47,626 nt of DNA from Ionaspis alba (taxonomy: Eukaryota), in NCBI GenBank assembly GCA_964255285.1, contig CAXUUL010000045.1, positions 1-47,626 of the forward strand, given 5' to 3'. Positions 46,979 to 47,626 of the stretch are shown here, piece after piece. The position numbers and the translations under genes are program-made. Every line of letters begins with the position of its first letter. Within the stretch, counting starts at the first letter, position 1. The notes below the pieces were generated by a model that worked only from the letters and a program-made list of their open reading frames with translations, was not told the origin of the DNA and made no database searches.

Positions 46979-47508
46979 TCAAGGTACCACTGTTAAGCCT
47001 ATAGACCGCGTCGATGCAATTACACTCCTGCTCAGCGATTCTAGGCTCATGCCTGATAATCTGAGTTCTGATTGTTTGATTTTGGCAATGTCGTAGATAT
47101 GTTTTAACGAAACCTCCCCAATTGACTCTTTCCCCGGCAGCATGGCACCCCGTATCTTTCCCTTCCGCTCCTTGACTCCAGCCGCTTGCAGCAATAGATA
47201 TGAAGTTGTTGGTGTTCGAAGTTCAAAATGGAAGGACCGATCTGGTCGGACAGTGACTCGCGCAGGAATTGGAACACCGGGGGTCATGTGCGCTGTTCTC
47301 GCGTTGAACTCCTTTTCGCCGTTAGAATCATCCGTTATGAGGTGACTTGCGTCAATTGGGGATGTCTGAGTAGGCATACCTTGCAGAAATCCATGCTTTT
47401 GACTCCTTTACTACCCAAAGCTGGTCCGACTGGAGGACTTGGGCTCGCCTGACCCGCTCCCACGATCAGCTTGACAATCTGATCATTCTGTATCGCTTTC
47501 CTTGCCAT
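46979..47508 (-). CDS. MRPL19: Mitochondrial ribosomal protein uL11m; 2 exons
   Basis: Intron 47379-47312. The L11 signature reads [38 protein letters not shown], followed by [14 protein letters not shown]. Confidence 0.96.
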
Positions 47509-47626
47509 TATCAAAGCTGCAAGCCGATGAAAAGCGCAACGAAGTCTTGGTGAATCTTAATTGTGGAACAAATCGTCTGTAGATTTACGGGTTGGCCGGC
47601 AGACGCTAAATCATTTTAGGATAACG

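Noticed and set aside
1..47626. tRNA, 5S, snRNA, snoRNA, CRISPR, transposase or secondary-metabolite cluster
   Set aside because: By eye I found no cloverleaf with A/B boxes, no convincing C/D box pair, no repeat-spacer array, and no transposase, RT, PKS or NRPS motifs. tRNAscan-SE and Infernal would be needed to exclude small RNAs.

Overview
This is eukaryotic DNA from a filamentous ascomycete (Pezizomycotina). It is about 50% GC and gene-dense, with short GT-AG introns (mostly 48-95 nt) carrying CTRAY-type branch points. A 100-N scaffold gap at 2974-3073 is flanked by an exact 55-bp duplication, which looks like an assembler artefact. I rebuilt 14 gene models by hand. In order they are: GPI-anchored GH16 (-), DENN-domain protein (-), Bcd1-like HIT zinc finger (+), SDR with a PTS2 signal (-), kinesin-4-like motor (+), ALG2 (+), TBC Rab-GAP (+), a 1353-aa disordered conserved hypothetical protein (+), TilS-like PP-loop enzyme (-), mitochondrial SAM carrier (+), a hypothetical protein with an internally duplicated domain (+), WDR48/Duf1 (-), Sat4/Hal4 kinase (-) and mitochondrial uL11 (-). 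I found no tRNA, rRNA, CRISPR array or intact transposon. The best leads are: (1) an uncharacterised protein with two diverged copies of a domain resembling SRA/PUA nucleic-acid readers; (2) a large disordered protein with SUMO-interacting motifs, an RVxF motif and an SQ/TQ cluster behind a four-copy MCB-like promoter; (3) a bacterial-type lysidine synthase head-to-head with the mitochondrial SAM carrier, with uORFs on both sides; (4) a G-poor tract leading into unannotated splice signals. All functional claims are inferences from motifs, since no database search was possible.
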